DNA from: Monocercomonoides exilis PA203
Lineage: Eukaryota > Protista > Preaxostyla
Direction: 5' to 3'
DNA length: 64,000 nucleotides
NCBI GenBank assembly: GCA_001643675.2
Contig: LSRY02000019.1
Coordinates: forward strand, 868,001 to 932,000
Shown: piece by piece, positions 1-14,300 of the stretch
How positions within the stretch are numbered: the first letter of the stretch is position 1
Layout of the letters: each line of letters starts with the position of its first letter
Made by a program: the position numbers and the translations under genes
The notes under the pieces: model-generated
Database searches by the model: none
The model's input: only the letters and a program-made list of their open reading frames with translations
What the model was told of the DNA's origin: nothing

Positions 1-415
1 GCGCAAATCAAAGCAAAACAGGTTTCAATTTCATGTTTTTTTCTGAAATGAACATTTAACTATTGTTTAATGTTTTCTTACAATAATTATTTATTTTTGC
101 TTTCAATCTGTTTGTATTTTATTATTTCAGCTTGAAAATGCACAGCTTGATGATCGTATTCGCGAAGCATCAGTTTCCGTTTCACAGAGAAGACGTGTCT
201 ATGAAATACAAGCATCAAGAGTGGCACAAGACGATCATCGTGGGTCAGAGATTAGAATGAAAGAGATAATGTCTGAAGGGAATATGAAGTTGAAAATAAA
301 AGAACAGAACGAAGTGATATCCAAATTACGTGCTGAAGTTGATAGGCTTATGAAAAAGACCTTCTCATCCTTTGAGAATATCAGGCAACCAATGGGGAAC
401 GTTGACGAAAGATAG
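1..415 (+). CDS. CFAP43: 3' end of cilia- and flagella-associated protein 43 (WDR96), partial; intron 22-130
   Basis: GT..AG intron 22-130, then exon 131-415 reads LENAQLDDRIREASVSVSQRRR...EQNEVISKLRAEVDRLMKKTFSSF. This resembles the remembered CFAP43 C-terminus (EVERLRMKTFPAL). Confidence 0.65.
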
Positions 416-748
416 ATCAACAGTTCAATCACTTCACAATTCTCATTACACTTCTTCAATTTCATTTTTAATCAAATTTTTCTTTCATTTCTCTTCTGAA
501 TGTTTGATATACTTTTATTGTTTAAAATAAAATTCACTTCCAAAATGAATAGAATTTTCTTATCCTTCACTTTTCAAAATATTTTTATTTATTAAATTGT
601 TATTACTAACATACAATGAACAACATGAAATATCTATTTTTTATCAGGAAAAAAGTCGAAAAATGAACCATTATAATATGAATAACAATAAATAATTAAA
701 AATATTCTTTTCTAATTAATTACTGAAAAATTAAAGGCTTTCAAAAAT

Positions 749-3700
749 ATGGAATTGACTTGCGGCTTATCAGAAGATGCAAGAAAAGTCATTCAAAATC
801 CAAGAAATCCTCCAGATCAATATATTTCGTGCACATTTTATAATCGTGGGTTGAAAAATGTTACAGGAATTGATAAATTTGTCAATTTACAAAAATTAAA
901 TCTCTCAGAAAATGGAATTGTATCACTTGGTCCAATTGCTAGATTAAGAAAGTTGAAAGTGTTAATTCTTTCGAACAATAATGTGTGTTATTTCTTTTTT
1001 GCATTTGTCAACTCAAACAAAAATAGATTCAAAGGATATGCAGCTTAAAGTTTTTGAGTAATTTAGAATCGCTTGACCTTTCTTACAACAAAATAAACGA
1101 TATTTCTGGCTTTCTTGATCTTCCAACTGATTGTTCGCTGAAGTATTTAAATCTAACGGACAATAAATTATCTTTAGTGCAAGACCTGTCACCTCTCAAA
1201 AGTCTTTCTGTATGCAAGCCATTATTTTTTGATGTCAATTTTTTTTTGTTAAATTAGAATCTGAGAACTTTGCTTCTCCAAGACATGACGCTTGTTGGAA
1301 GTGATGGAATTCCTTTCCTTTCCAACCCAATGTGCCGCATTGTGGGGTATCGATCATCTGTTCTTCGAATGCTTCCTCAGCTCGCCGATCTTGACGGATC
1401 GGCGACTCTTGTCTTTAAATCTCCTCCTCGTTCTCTTCCAGCGTTTCATTCACGATTAACAACAATCAAAGAAAAAGAGCAGCCAAAAGAAGAGAAAGCT
1501 GCTCGAGAATCTCCAAGCAAAAGACAAAGAGCTGATTTAAGCAAAGATAATAGCAAAAAATATGAACTTGAGAGTTCAATTAAAGAAAACAAATTTCGTG
1601 CCTGTGATGATGAGATGGATAATGAAGGAACATCATCAAATCTGAAACAGCAGTCAATGAAAGAGGATATTGATAAAGCAGTAGCCAAGTACCTACTCGA
1701 AAAAGAGAAAGAGAAAGAGAAAGAACAGAAAATGAAAGAATTAGCAGATAAAGAAAATGAATTGGCTAAAGAAAGAGAAAAGATTGATCAGATCAAGAAA
1801 GAGCAAGAAAGGGAAAAGGAGGAACTTGCTCGCAGAGAAAGAGAAAGAGAGAAGGAATTGGAAAGTGTGCGGCAGAAGATGGAAGATCAGCAGAAGGAGT
1901 TAGAAAAGCAGAGGTCAAAAGAGAACAAGCAAGCCCATCGCTCTGACTCAGCTAAAAGACGTCATCACCGATTGAAATGGGAGCCTGTTTCATGCGATGA
2001 ACAGAGTGTGAATGAAAGCGATGCAGCTTCTTCTTCCTCTTCTGCTTCTTCTGATTCTTCTGCTTCTTCAATGTCATCTGCATCTTTTGAATCTTCGCCA
2101 GAGAACTTCTTCGAAAGCGACAATGACGAGATCAGAATAATCAGCCAGCCAAAAGTTGTCAGATCTGTTAGACATATACAGAACTATCCACAATTTCCAC
2201 AGTTCTCCTCACAGCCGTTGCTTGTTGAGCAGCAGGCAGCTCCTTCTGTAGCTCCACCACAAAATTTGCCTTATCATTCACCTACTTTGCAGAGTTATGA
2301 CAGGGAAGCAGCAGAAGCGCAAATTGCAAATATGATGAATGAGAAAGAAGCTTATTTTGAAGAGGAGAAGAGGAAGATGGAAGACGAATTGAAACGAGTC
2401 AAGGAAGAGCTTGAAGAAAAGATGAAATTATGCGAAGAACTGGAACGAAACAGAATGGAAGCAAGAAATGAAAGAGATAAATTTGCAAGTGAAATGAATG
2501 AAATGAGAGAAAGCATTCGAGAAATGAAGCAGAAGCTGAAAGAGAAAGAAGATCAAGAAATGCAGCTGGAGCAGTTACGAGCAGAAGTTGAAGAAGAAAA
2601 GGTTTGCAAGCTCTTCGTGCTTTTCAATTTGAATGAATTTTTGATGTTTTTTTCTTCTATTCTTTTAAATTTGGATTCTTCAACTATTATTTGCTGTTAA
2701 AAGGCACGCCGAGATGAATTTATTGACGAGATAGATGAGCTCAAGGACAAATTAACTTCTGCTCAGAAACAAAACAAAGTTTGTTTTTAAAATAATTTTC
2801 ACTGTTTTTATTCTTTTTCTTCTATTTGTAAATGGAAATTTTATAATTATTGTGATCAAAAATGAATTCATTGAACAAATGTCCGAATTCCGTAATTCAT
2901 TAAATATGCACAACTGCTAATGCAAACAGTCAATTTCATCAGAATTATCCGATCTGCGCGACGAGTGCAGCCGTCTTCAGAGAGAAAAAAAGAGCGAAAC
3001 AGAAAACGCTGCCCGATTTGCAGCAGACACGCGGAGTGTGGTGCAGGACATGGAGATCGGCACAGACCGCGTTCTGAATGTGCTGCAGCGGATGGAGCGT
3101 GCGCTGGAAGAGGAAGAGGCAGAAATCAAAGAGAGTGGGACAGGGCAGAAAAAGATCAAAAGCAGTGTGAGTGAAATCAGTGAGTGGATAGGGAAGGAAG
3201 AGAAGTGGAAGGAAGGGGCGCAGAAGAAAGAGCAAGACACACTTCAGATGCTGGCAGACCTGGATGGGCATTCACTTGGGATGATGCAGCAGAAGTTAGA
3301 GAGGCTGTGCTTCTCAGTGAGTGAAGGAGAAATGGAGAGGATGGAGGAAGAAGGGAAAAGAGTGGCTGAAATGGAAGAGAGATTGAAAGAAGAGAAGAAG
3401 AAGAAGGAAGCAATTAAGGATGCATTAGAGACAGCTGAGAATGAGTTGATCGAAAAGGAAGTGAAAATTGAAGAGATGAAGAAAGTTTGTTGTTAAATTG
3501 GGAGTATTTTTTGGGCATTTTGGTTCTATTTTTTCAATGATTTTCACATTTATGCAACCACTTTTATTTATTCCCCAATTTATTCTTCTTTGTGTTCTTT
3601 ATTTTATTTCGTTTTTATTTTCAATTGAAATGATCAGGTGTTGGCTGAATGGCTGAAAAAGGAGGAAACGTGGAGAGCAGCAATGTCTGAGGCAGAAGAG

Positions 3701-5318
3701 AATCAGCGAGTTTTGAATGGGAAAATCGAATCTGAGCGCGAAACTGGATTGTCTTTGAAGAAAAAACTGAAGATGGCAGAAGAAAAAGCAGACGAAGCAG
3801 AAAAAGAGCACGAAAAGAGGCTGAAAGAGGAGAAGGCGAAAAGATCTGAATTGGAACAGCAGTTGCGTGACATTCAAATAGAATGTGATAAGCAAATCGG
3901 GAAGATGCGGCAAAAGATGGACAAGCTGGTGGATATTGAGAAAGAGCGTATGGAACTTGAATTTTCTGTGGAACGGATGAAGAAAGAGGTCGAAGAAGCC
4001 AACGAGGAAAGAGATAAAGCGCTTAAGAGATTTCGTGAAGCAGAGGAGAAAAAGAAAGCAGTCGAAGCAGAAAAAACCGAACTTGAGAAGAAAATGTCAG
4101 ATATTTCTGAAAAGTTGCAAGTGAAAGACATTTTGTGTGATGCGCAGGCGGGCGATGTGCAGAGGCAGAAAGAAGAGCTGGAGAAGCTGCGGAAGGATTT
4201 GAGTGCTGCAAAGGAGAGGAACGGAGGAGTGGACGAGGAGAGAGAGAGATTGTTTGAACAGATCAGTGAAAAAGAGAAGGTGTGTAAATGGATCTTGATT
4301 AATAATTATTTGTAATGTTTTTAACACTTTCTTTTATTTTTCTTTATTTATTTTTGAATGTGTATTTGTCTTTTATTTATTCAAAAAAAATCTGATATTT
4401 CCTTCTTTTCTGAATTGCATTCAAGGAAATTGAGGATCTTTTGAACGAAAACGAGCAGTTGAGCGAAAGCAAATCCATTCTGAAAGATAAATTGCGCCAA
4501 CTCAAAGAGCAAAATGCAGAAAAGGACGAAGCACTGAATCTCATCGAAAAGGAGGTCTGTTTTTCTTTTTCTCCTTTTATAATTAAAGAAATTATGATTG
4601 CGATAATGATTGCATTGTTATTATTATTATTATTAGTTGACAGCGTTTCAGCATGAATTTGGCACTATTCAATCAGAACTGTCGAAGTCAAAATCGAATG
4701 CGGAAAAAGCAGAGAAAGAAAATGCGGAATTAAAGCAAAGACTTGAAAAGAATGAAGATTTGATGAGGGAAAAGGAAAATGAAAGTTTAATTCTGCACGA
4801 AAAAGTGAAAGAAATAGAAGCTACAGTTGATTCGTTTCAAAGCATCATCAAGGAAAAAGATAGGTCAATCAAAAATGCTCTTCAAAAAGTGTGATACTAT
4901 TTTTTGAAAATGAATAATGTTAAATTAACGGTCTTTGTTTTATTTTTATTCTTTGTTTTATCATTTTTTTCTTTTATTTTTTTGAATCGTAAAATAGGCA
5001 AAACAAAAAGAAGAAGATTTTCTCAAAACGCAAAAGGAGCTGATGAAAAGTGAGAAGGAAAGACTTCTGATGAAGGAAAGACTTAGGCAATTGCATCGAG
5101 CATTTTCGTCTCTGCCATTTTCGCTTGGAGAGTCAATTCAAGTTAGGAATAGCGAAGATAGTGGATCTCAAGTTCAAAGCAAGAAAGAAGATGACAAACA
5201 AAGTCGAAAAGAAAAGATGAATATTGTCAAAAGCCCTTCATTACCTTCTCTTGATTCAAAAAGTGATAGCAGCGACAATCTTTCTCTGGAGTTCGATGCA
5301 GATTTAGATGGAGCTTGA
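749..5318 (+). CDS. N-terminal LRR + long coiled-coil protein (LRRCC1/VFL1- or centriolin-like), 9 exons
   Basis: Exons 749-982, 1027-1209, 1258-2601, 2704-2778, 2930-3484, 3638-4279, 4426-4554, 4637-4888 and 4998-5318 join in frame via GT-AG introns. SDS22-type LRRs (LQKLNLSENGI, LESLDLSYNKI, LKYLNLTDNKL), an LRRcap (NPMCRIVGYRSSVLRMLPQLADLDG), then E/K-rich coiled coil. Confidence 0.75.
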
Positions 5319-5362
5319 ACGAATTTTTTTTGAAAACTGATCAAACCCAAATATATTTTTGA

Positions 5363-8300
5363 ATGGAAATACCAGCTCAATTGACTCCATCGGCACCATA
5401 TATAAAGGTCTATGCTCATGGAACAAATGTAGTGGATATTATTTCAAATTTTCTCCTTTTTGCGGGATCATTTGTCCTGCTGTTCTTGTCTTTTTTACTA
5501 ATCTATAAACTTGAGAGCATTGTACCTTGGAAATGGATTGTTGTCCAATTACCAATTGTGACCTGGTTTTTGTTCATGTTATTTATTATGACCACTGTTT
5601 TAATAGCAAGAAATATAAAGACTGTGGTGTTGTGGGAATCGGTTTGAATATATATTGTTTTTTTCAAATTCATGGTTTTTTAAATAAAGACTCTAATCGA
5701 AGAAAGATTAATGGCGATAACAGGAGTAACTTCTCCTTTTTTCTTTCTTTTTTCGGTTGTTCTTTCTTTAACTCTTGATGGATTTATAAAAATTCATTCA
5801 CAATATTGCTTTCTCCTTCTTCTTCTTGGAGAAATTCATCAAATGACATCGGTACTGAAACTTATATCAAATGGACAAATGGGGAGGCAAATAATTGCCT
5901 TTCTATTTTTCATAGCTGTTTTTTCAACCACTTTCTTATCTTTTCTTTCTGATTCAGTGCATCTTCGGTATGATGCGCAAAATGCAAATGAAGCTATCTT
6001 CTTTCACACTTCTTCCAGAAATCAACTATCGACTATCCATCAGCTTTTTCTTTCATTCATATCTTTGGTTAAGAGCTTCATTTTTCCTTCTCAGCAAATA
6101 TTTGCTGCTTCAATCTCACCATTGGTAGCAAATTCTCCATTGATAATTTTTGAAATTTGGATCTTCATTCTGACCATCAGCGATTTCCTTTCTAACGTAT
6201 TGAAACCTTCTTCATCAAAATCACATCATTCTTCATCTTCAACCATTTCACCAAATACCGCTTCATTCACATCATTGAAACACAATCACGATGCCTTCCC
6301 TCCAATTTTATGGAATCTTTTATCATTGTCACACATCCTTCTTGTTGTCAGACTTTCATCCACTTCATATCGCCTGTCATTTGCAATTATCCTCCTACCA
6401 GCCTTCATCTTTTTTGTTTTGCTTTTTTTCTTCTCTTTGCGCCGGCTGATGAAGTCGCTTTCTAACTATGCCATAACAGCAGAAAGAGAACGAGAAAGAG
6501 AGAAAGAGCGAGAGAAGGAGAGAAGGAGACTTATGATGGAGGCAGAGCAGGAGGCCATGTTGGGAATGGAGGAGCACGAGAACGATGTGGAAACGATATA
6601 CGAGGAAGAAGCAGAGGTGGAAGCGGATTCTGTTCAGAATTCATTCAATTCAGAAAACAACACAAGCAATCCTCAAATGGAATGTGTAGAGCAATCACCT
6701 TGCCAGTCACTTCAACAGTCACTTCAGCAGACATCTCAGCAGATGCAGCCACAGACAGAAGAGGCGCTAGATTCAATCAATGAGCATGTTAAGCAGACTG
6801 AGCATGATGAGCACACAGAACACACTAACAGCAACGTCAGCATCGCTGCGCCTTCGTGGCAGACTGTCCCTTCGAACAAGGCTCCGTCGTCAGTTGCAAT
6901 GCGCATGAAAATGAGGCAGCGGCGGAATCTGAGAGTGCTCATGGCGAATGCCGAAGCAGCCGAAAAGAAAAAAGAGATGGAAGAGAGGCTGAAAGAGCTC
7001 GAAATGCAGTGTCGATTGAAAGACGAAGGCGAAGGCACTGAATCAAACACACAATTTACGCCTTCTTATTCATCAGTGGCAGGCCATGAAAAGCAGCAGC
7101 AGCAGCAGAGTTTCGGAATGGGCAGACCAGCTCAAGCAATAAACATCAGCAATGATGGAAATGATGCTGCTGACGATAATGCTTCGCGTTCAGAGTCGTT
7201 GTGTGGTAAGAACATGCACCACTCAACAACTGAAGGCACGCTTGTCATCCACCCGCTGGCTGATCCATCTGCTGCTGCACATTTCCCTTTTCTTCGCTCG
7301 TCATTGTCTGAAGAACAGAGTGAAATAGACTCGCATGTGCTGATGGCTCTTTCTCAGGCATCTCCTCACACTTCACTACCTCCGTCTGCTGTTCCTCCTG
7401 CAGAGCTGCTGGCAAGCCAGTTGGGAAGCATCCACTCAGACAGGAACTACTCTTCTACGATCACCTCCAGCCAGTCATCATTCACAGACTTTAAGTCACC
7501 TGACTCGCGCTTGTCGCCAGAATACACATCGACGCTACAGCTGAGGAGCTGTGAGTCAGTGAAGACAATCGACACAGATGCGGAGACAGTTGCGCTGTCT
7601 GTTGTGCGCTCATCCGAGAAGGCAAGCAGAGATGAGAGAAGGAGCAGAAGAAAAGAGAACTCACCAGAATTCCGCCAGCAGTCGTCCAATGTGCAGAGGG
7701 AGACAAAACGGCGGGTGCATTCTCGCCACAAGTCGAAGCTGAGCATCTGCAGCCCTGTGACCAGCCCCACCAGCGATGCAAGCACAGAGGCATTTGCCCA
7801 TCCATCTGGTGTGCTGCCTTCCCTTTCGTCGCCCAGCAGCGGTGTGTCTTCGTCGTTTGTAGCGTCGTTTTCGCGGGCCTCGACTGACTTGGCTGATCTG
7901 GTTATCTCTTCGTCACACTCGGGACACCTGGCACTGATTAGATCAGCTGCGCCTTTCGTAAAGAAGCTGAACAAGTTTTCACTTTCGAACTATTCGTCGC
8001 CTTCTTTAACCTCTCCTCGCTTTTCTCTGCATTCAGACAAAGAGAACAGCCCGCCGTTTTGTACTAGAATGAAGAAATATCCAACTTCTCCTGTGTCTTT
8101 GGCAGTCAGCGAAAAGGGCAACATTGCAAAGATGCTCAGAATGCGAAGCCCAACTTCGTCTGACTACAAAGGCCGGAGTGTGTCGGCTGCTGATTCTCAA
8201 TTGAAATGCTCTTCGTTCATCTCTCATTCGCCAAGATCGCTCCCTTCCAGAGACTTTCCAGTGTGCTCGACAATCATGAAGCAGCTTGGGATTAAAGGCC

Positions 8301-11300
8301 AAAGGGGAAACATTCACTATGTCTCCTACCCGGTTCTTCCGCAGGCGCTGAGGAAGGGAAGCAGCAGCAGCAGTGGTAGTGGCAGTGATAATGACAATGA
8401 TGTTGCAACGAACCCGATCTCAATTGCATATATGCTCACTTCAACAAGCACCCCTTCTCCGTCACTGCCATCTTCGGCAAATGGCTCTCCGATGGTTTCT
8501 TCACTTGGAAAGCCTGCTTCAGAAGGCAGTTCACTTTCATCACAGGAGTTGCATATGTCGCATGATCTGCAAAATCAGCATGATACGCATGAATCACAGG
8601 AATTGCCTGCTTTGCATGACTTGCACGAATTGCATTTGTTGCATTCATCACATGAATCGCTTCCTGCTTCTGGAACAATTGCACATCCATCGCCTGACAC
8701 ACTGAGCTCCCGTTCACTTCCTCACTTGTCGCCTTCTCTGAAATCCAGCTTGGATACGCCTAAGTCTTCAATCCCTTTGTCATCTCCTTCACACTCACCT
8801 TCCCCTCTGCCCCTTCCTTTGCCTTTGCCTTTACCACTTCCTGTATCATCGCAAGCACATCAGCAGAAGCCAGACAACTTGCGCAGCATGGCATCATTGT
8901 CATCTGCAGACACAATTCCTGTCAAACACTTTTTTGCATCTGATTTTGCATTCAACGTTGCATCCTCATTGCCATCTTCTTCTTCTCCGCAGAGGAAGAG
9001 CCCCATTCATCTTCCACTCGACAGCAGCTCCATGTCTGTTGATGAGACGGTGATTGTAGGCAATGATAATGTTCCCGTGTCTGTTCCTTCTTCTCCAACA
9101 GCTCCTTTCTCCCCTCGTTCTGAGCAAGGAACGCATTTCGCCTCCTCATTCTCTCAGTCGCATTTGCCCCACAAAGCGCCCAAAACTTTTGCTCCTCCGT
9201 CTTCTTCCTCTCCTTCTCCCTCTCCGCCATACGTGGGAAAGGGAAGCAGCTGGAGAGAAAGCGACGAGAATACTGTCTCTGAATACGGCAGTGAATACAA
9301 AGGCGAACAGAGCCCTTTTCCTCTGGGCGAGTGCAACAAGTACTTTCTGCAGTCATTTTCATCAGCAGACACAGTGTTTGTGCCTCGTGGTGAGCTTGAC
9401 AGCGACAGAGAGACAGCTCTGCGGAGGGTGAAATTGGGGCATCCACCTACCCCCACACCAATTGCGAACTCGCCAATCTTGACTTCTGCTACTACCCCGA
9501 GGCATCAGGGGCAGTTGATGCAGCTGTCGCAGCAGTCACTTCAGCAGGAACAGATGCAACAAATGCAACAGCAGCAACTGTCACAGCAACAATTACAACA
9601 ACAAGAGCAGCAAGAGCAGCAGCAACTTCAACAGCATTCAGACACTCTGTCTCCACTTCAGCCACATTCTCAATCTCATTCTCAGTCTCAGTCTCAATTG
9701 CAGCTTCATCCCACAGATCATCAACAGCATCAGAATCAGACTCATCAACAACAGCAACAACAGCAACAGCAGCTTCAGCTTCAGCTTCAGCACCATCTCC
9801 TTCTGCAGCAGCTGACTGCGCAGAACCAACAGTCGCACCAGCAGCTGCAGCCAGCCTCGTACGACGACTGGACAGGGCAGCACTCTTATCTCGGCGGCAA
9901 CTTCACTCGCACTCATTCTCAGCTCTTATCCATTGAAGACGCTGTCAAACAAGGTTATTCCCACAGCCTTGCACCATCTCCACTCAACACACCCCTCCGC
10001 TCATCAAAGGGGCATCTGATGGATTCTCAGCTGTTTGCTGCTCTTTCTTTTGAAGGAGAAGAGGAGCCGAATGTGCCTTTGCGGCGCTCCTACTCGTTTG
10101 AATCGCTGAGAGACAGGCATTCTGCTTCAGCATCTTCAGTGCGATCATTCGGAAGCACCATGTTCTACTCGAATTCAGAGGGGAACAGCGCAGTTTCTAT
10201 GGGGAATGGAGGGATGAGAACAGAAGCTGGGTATGGTAGAGATGGTGATGGTAGAGGAGGAGGAAGAGGAAGTGGAACATCTTTGACGCATCGAGAATAC
10301 GAAGAAGGAGGAGAAGAAGTAGGAGAAGGAGGAGAAGGAGAAGAAGATGAAGAATTTGGACACAGTGATTACACCTCACAAGTGCGATCACTCACTTTCT
10401 CCACTCCTGAACACATCTATGCAAACTTGCCATCTCTTGCTCTTCTATCTCTCGAACCTGCACACACCGCAAACAACTTGGTGCTCACTCGACCTCCTTC
10501 TGCGCAGGTGCTGTCTCCACGTGCACCGAATACCAGCCCCTTTCAGCAGAGCCAAAACTTGTTGGCTTACCCGTCGTATGCTTCAGACGCTCCAAAACCA
10601 CTGCCTCCGACTAAGTCGTCGTTAACTTCTTCTTCAAATTCTTCCTCATCGTCTTTATCGTCATCTTCTTCTTCTGCTGCTGCTGCTTCTGCTTCTTATG
10701 CTTCTTCTTCCTCTTCTTCGTCACCTCCAAAGCATTCAGCCAACTACAACAAACGTTCAATTCATCTTTCTCCTCATATTCGACCTCCATTCGCAACAGA
10801 AATAAATGGGAAAATGGAGAAAACAGATTCATCTTCTACTCTGGAATTGAATAACACGTCATTTCCACAGAAATCTTCTTCTTCATCCTCTTTCTCTTCA
10901 ACTTCCACTTCTTCAACCGATTCATTGAACAAGGCTAAATTACAGCAACAAAAATTAAGTAAAATCGACACTTCTTATTCGAATTTCACGTTGGATTCAA
11001 CGATGGACCCTTCTTCAGCATCACGCAATGCTTCTGTTTCTGCTTCTGCACAATCACACAACATATCTTTCTCCTCTTCCTCTTCCTCTTCCTCAAATTC
11101 TTCTTCTGCTGCTGCTTCTTCTTCAAATTCTTCTTCCAATTCTTTGTCTGCCACCACCCCATCCGCCGACTCCCCCGCGCGCCGCTTCTCCTTCTCCTCC
11201 TCCTCCCCCTCTGTTCTCCCTTCCTCTTTCCAATTCCCTCACTCTCCCACTCTCTTCTCCTCTCTCTCACTCGACACCGTCTTCTCCACCTCGCTCGATG

Positions 11301-14300
11301 AGGCTGTGTTCGAAGACGTGCCGATCACCCCATATTCTGGTTTCGACCACCGCACGCCCACACGCAGGATGTCCAATGCCTCTTCTGACCGCTCTTATTT
11401 GGCTTCCAGTCTGAAGTCCCCCGCAGCTCATTCGCTTTCCTCTTTGTCTCCGTCGTTCAATCAGAACTCGGCTGGGTATTTTGGCTTGTCTCATTCGTCT
11501 GAGTCGCTGCCGGTATTCACATCTTCTCCTGTTTCGTCGATGTATTCGTCACCTCTTTTGACTCCTTCTCTTTCTTCGATGTATTCTGCTGCGTCTTCCA
11601 GGAGCTTCACACCACGCCATTCATATATTGCACCTGAGGATTTGTTTCAGCAGGGTTATGCTGCTTCTTCTGCATCTTCTTCTTCTTCTTCTTCTTCTGA
11701 TTTGCATTCTAACCAGAACAATAAAACTTTGTTCCAAAGAGCGAAGAACTTTGTTATAAACAAATGTTTCAGTGTTGTTTCATTTATCGTGTTAGTAATG
11801 TGTCTTCCTTTCATCATTTTCAACCGCTTTTTAAAATGGCTTTTCCCTTCCTTCAAAAACATGTCATTTGACGTCGACATCAGCAAAGAAGAGAGCTTCT
11901 TTGCAAAACCTTCATCATCATCGTCTTCAGCTGCTTCTGCTGTGAATGAGTTCTTCAACTTCAGCAATTGCGCCTGTTATTCTGATCATGAGCCGACTGA
12001 AAGCGTCACTGCTTTTGATCTGTTCCCTCCTCTTTCTCCGCTTCCTCCTCCCCCGCCTCCTCCTCTTATTCTTTCTCCTCATCATTCACATCATTCGCAT
12101 CATCAAAGCCAATCTGAAGAGAAATCATTAAAAAACAACAGCATTTCAAATAGAAATTCCCAATCAAATGACAAAAATAGTGGAGAACTGACTTCTCATC
12201 CAATAACATCTTTTTATAAAGTGTTAGCAAACAGATTGAAAGAAGCTGTGAAAGAAGGATATGACAATGCCAACAAAACTGCTGCTTCAATTTGTTCGAC
12301 TTTTGTGTCAATCAGTTCAACTCTTCTGTTTGTGTTGCTTCATCCTGCGTATGCTGCCTCTATTCTCTTCTCCCCAGCTCCTCCTCCTCTTTCTCTTCCT
12401 GCGCATTCTTCTTCATCTTCGTCATCATCATCATCTTCTTCTTCTTCTCTTCCTATTTCTCTTCCACATCATCATTCGAGTCGTTCTTCCTTGTCTGATC
12501 TTCAACTGCCTCTTTCTACCACTTCATCCTTGTCTTTATCTTCATCCTCGTCTTCATCTTTTCGCAATCTCAATCACTCCTATGTCTTTCCTGTTTCTTC
12601 ATTAGCTTCTTCTTCTAATTCCAATTCAAATACCAATTCTCTTTCTATTTCAAATACTCCTTCCTCCTCTTCCTCTTCTTCTTCTTCTTCCACTTCCTCA
12701 TCTTCAAATGATCCGCCTGTTCCTCTTCTCATCACATCTCTCCGCTTCCACAGCAAAAATCACACAAAACTGCAAGACGCAGACGAAAGCAGCAACGACG
12801 ACGAAAAATGGCTTCGCTCGACACTCAAAAGAGCATCTTTGAAAGGAAAAGGAATAAAATCTTCATCTTTATCAAGCTCAGAAACAGAGCAAAGTGAAGT
12901 CAATGCGAAAGATTATTCACGTGCTCATGAAAATCTGCCAATTGTGCCGTCTTCTTCTGGTTTGTCGTTCGATTACTTGAGAGATTCAGAGCCAACTGCC
13001 AGTGTTTTCACACAAAATGATGCTGCTACTGCTTCTGTTTCGCATCCTTCACCATTTCCTTTCACTCACCGCTCGTTTTTTAAGTTCGTCACCAGAACAA
13101 CTAACCTCATGCTGATCTTGTTCTTCCTCTTTTTCGCTCTGAAAATCACCTGCGACTCAGTCAGAATCGAAAGCAGAGGAGCCGGGCTGATCAATCACAC
13201 AATGTCCTATCCACCTTTGTGGGTAAAACAAAATACGACTCAAAACTTCAATTCTCCTCAGCAATTTGCCTCGAATGACATTCTTATGTCAGCTGCTTCT
13301 TCTTTCCTTCATTTTCTCTCTTTCATTCGCATCCACTGGTTGTGTGTGTTTGTCCCTCTGTTTGTTCTTGCACTGCTCTTTGTGGTTGTCATGGGCGTGC
13401 TTTCGCTGGCAGCTGCTTTGGGCGTGTGGACACACGTCTTAGCTTCTCTGCTGTACAACGAGTCTGTTTTGTTTGTGGCGATCTTTGGCAATCCATCTCT
13501 GTGCCTGTTTGCCATTGCAATATGTGCACATATCAGTTTGAATGAAGGCGGGCTGTCGGCTGAGTGGAAGCCAAGCTGGGAGATGAAATATAGCTTGGCA
13601 GATACTTTTGATTATTTGCGTTCGTTGATAGGTCGAAGCAAGAATATCACAGAAATTCCAAATGAACTAATGGCAAATTCTTCGTTTAACAGTTTTGACG
13701 GTTCTCCTCCTTATCGGCCGCAGATAAGTCCTGCTATTCGAACAATTGCAGACTCCATCTGGAATTTCGTCAGCACGTTTGATGTGAATTCACTTCTTAT
13801 TGTCATTCCTCTTATGATGGAATTTGCAGTGGTGATATTCCTGTTTCGCTTTCTCTTTCCTTTGTTTGTGTCTCGTACACAGACAAAAGAAGGAATTTAC
13901 AGTTTGTTAACGAAGCTTGGAAATTCGAATAGACATGACAAAAAAGAAGCAAACAAAACAAGTCTTAATTTCACTCCTTCTTCGAGCTTATCTTCTTCTG
14001 ATTCATCTTTTAGTCTTTCCTCAAACAAACACATCACAAATAGCAGATCACTTCATCCACCTTTCACGCAACGCCTTTCGTCTTCTTTTCATTATGTGGC
14101 TGTGCTTCTGATGGTCTTTCTTATTGTATTTCAGCTTGTGCTATGTTTTATCCGCATTTCTCCTTCTCCTTCTCCTTCTCCATATATCACTCCAAACAGC
14201 CTAAACAGTCATGCATTTTCATCACCCATTGAACAAAAATTCATACAAACTGAAAATTCCATTTGTCATTTTGATTCAGAACTGCACAAAAGAAATGAAC

